Shown piece by piece: positions 62,231-64,000 of a DNA stretch of 64,000 bases. Made by a program: the position numbers and the translations under genes. How positions within the stretch are numbered: position 1 is the first letter of the stretch; every line of letters begins with the position of its first letter. This DNA comes from Mobula birostris (lineage: Eukaryota): positions 198,134,005 through 198,198,004 of the forward strand of contig NC_092370.1 in NCBI RefSeq assembly GCF_030028105.1, given 5' to 3'. A model generated the notes under the pieces. It was not told where the DNA came from and did not search any database. It worked only from the letters and a program-made list of their open reading frames with translations.

Positions 62231-64000
62231 TACCCCCTACCCTGGACCCCCATCAATTTGCCTATCGCACCAACAGGTCAACAGAGGACGCCATCTCCAC
62301 GGCACTTCACTCTGCCCTGACCCACCTGGACAGCCCCATCTCTTACGTCAGAATGCTGTTCATCGACTTTAGTTTGGCATTCAATACTGTGATCCCCTCC
62401 GAGCTGATGGCCAAACTTCGCCAGCTTGGTATCAGCTCATACCTCTGCAATTGGACCTTGGACTTTCTGACTAACAGACCCCAATCAGTTAAGTTAGACA
62501 ACCTGTCCTCCTCCACTCTCACCCTGAACACCGGTGTGCCTCAAGGTTGTGTGCTCAGCCCTCTTCTGTACTCCCTTTTCACTTGTGACTGCATTCCTGT
62601 ACATGGTTCTAACTCCATAATCAAGTTCGCAGATGACGCCATGATGGTTGGTCTGATCAGAGGGGATGACGAGACGGCCTACAGGGATGAGGTCCAGCAC
62701 CTGGCTGTGTGGTGTGCTGACAACAACCTGGCCCCTAACACCCAGAAGACCATGGAGATGCTAGACAAGGGAGATGCAGTGGATGTTGTATATTTGGATT
62801 TTCAGAAGGCCTTTGACAAGGTGCCACACATGAGACTACTTAACAAGATAAGAGCCCATGGAATTACGGGAAAGTTACATACGTGGTTAGAGCATTGGCT
62901 GATTGGCAGGAAACAGAGAGTGGGAATAAAGGGATCCTATTCTGGTTGGCTGCCGGTTACCAGTGGTGTTCCGCAGGGATCAGTGTTGGGGCCGCTTCTT
63001 TTTACATTGTACATCAACGATTTGGATTATGGAATAGAGGGCTTTGTGGCTAAGTTTGCTGACAATACGAAGATAGGTGGAGGGGCTGGTAGTGCTGAGG
63101 AAACGGAGAGTCTGCAGAGAGACTTGGATAGATTGGAAGAATGGACAAAGAAGTGGCAAATGAAATACAATGTTGGAAAGTGTATGGTTATGCACTTTGG
63201 CAGAAGAAATAAATGGGCAGACTATTATTTAAATGGGGAGAGAATTCAAAGTTCTGAGATGCAACGGGACTTGGGAGTCCTCATACAGGATACCCTTAAG
63301 GTTAACCTCCAGGTTGAGTCGGTGGTGAAGAAGGTGAATGCAATGTTGGCATCCATTTCTAGAGGAATAGAGTATAGGAGCAGGAATGTGATGTTGAGGC
63401 TCTATAAGACGCTGGTGAGACCTCACTTGGAGTACTGTGGGCAGTTTTGGTCTCATTTAAGAAAGGATGTGCTGATATTGGAGAGGGTACAGAGAAGATT
63501 CACTAGAATGATTCTGGGAATGAGAGGGTTAACATATGAGGAACGTTTGTCTGCTCTTGGACTGTATTCCTTGGAGTTTAGAAGAATGAGGGGAGACCTC
63601 ATAGAAACATTTTGAATGTTGAAAGGCATGGACAGGGTGGATGTGGCAAAATTGTTTCCCATGATGGGGGAGTCTAGTACGAGAGGGCATGGTTTAAGGA
63701 TTGAAGGGCACCCATTCAGAACAGAAATGCAAAGAAATTTTTTTAGTCAGAGGGTGGTGAATCTATGGAATTTGTTGCCACGGGCAGCAGTGGAGGCCAA
63801 GTCATTGGGTGTATTTTAGGCAGAGATTGATGGGTATCTGAGTAGCCAGGGCATCAAAGATTATGGTGGGAAGGCAGGGTGTGGGACTAAATGGGAGGAT
63901 GGATCAGCTCATGATAAAATGGCGGAGCAAACTCGATGGGCCGAATGGCCGACTTCTGCTCCTTTGTCTTATGGTCTTATGAGATCATTGTGGACTTTAG
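62231..64000 (+). mobile_element. Rex1/Babar RT fragment (62231-62759, resuming at 63981) split by a CR1 insertion
   Basis: [54 protein letters not shown]; continues as EIIVDF at 63981. Confidence 0.92.
62760..63980 (+). mobile_element. Young 5'-truncated CR1 LINE
   Basis: [33 protein letters not shown]; tail gtcttatggtcttat; TSD GAGAT 62755-62759 / 63981-63985. Confidence 0.95.

Noticed and set aside
1-64000. CRISPR array, prokaryotic operon, or retron/DGR-type RT system
   Set aside because: No regularly spaced repeat-spacer array. All RTs are eukaryotic CR1, Rex1, Penelope or Gypsy types, mostly with stops and frameshifts.

Overview
Vertebrate nuclear DNA, almost certainly a cartilaginous fish and probably a ray. 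This is inferred from the repeat spectrum: CR1/HER1-type LINEs, V-SINEs, Deu-SINEs, Rex1/Babar LINEs and Penelope-like elements. Most of the window is transposon-derived, and nearly all ORF-track entries are TE fragments or their antisense shadows. I recognise one host coding segment, which the ORF track misses: a 76-nt first coding exon at 51709-51784 (+), MKKHSARVAPIVAYSASVLTASTIE-G. It matches my recollection of the short-isoform N-terminus of vertebrate SLC35F3 and has a TATA/E-box/ETS promoter and uORFs in a TE-poor island. The window is therefore probably slc35f3 intronic sequence around an internal promoter. Other contents: a decayed full-length Gypsy element, a solo LTR, a Tigger3/MER2-like and a Tc1-like DNA transposon, and many nested LINEs. 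About ten Penelope-derived inserts carry minimal hammerhead ribozyme motifs, several as TSD-bounded fold-back units. There is also an ancient ~1 kb tandem duplication hidden by later insertions. I found no CRISPR array, rRNA or true tRNA gene, and I cannot support a wholly new multi-gene system. The best novelty candidates are the hammerhead fold-back elements, the MER2-like horizontal-transfer candidate and the conserved alternative exon. Family assignments are from memory of consensus sequences, and boundaries of old elements are approximate.
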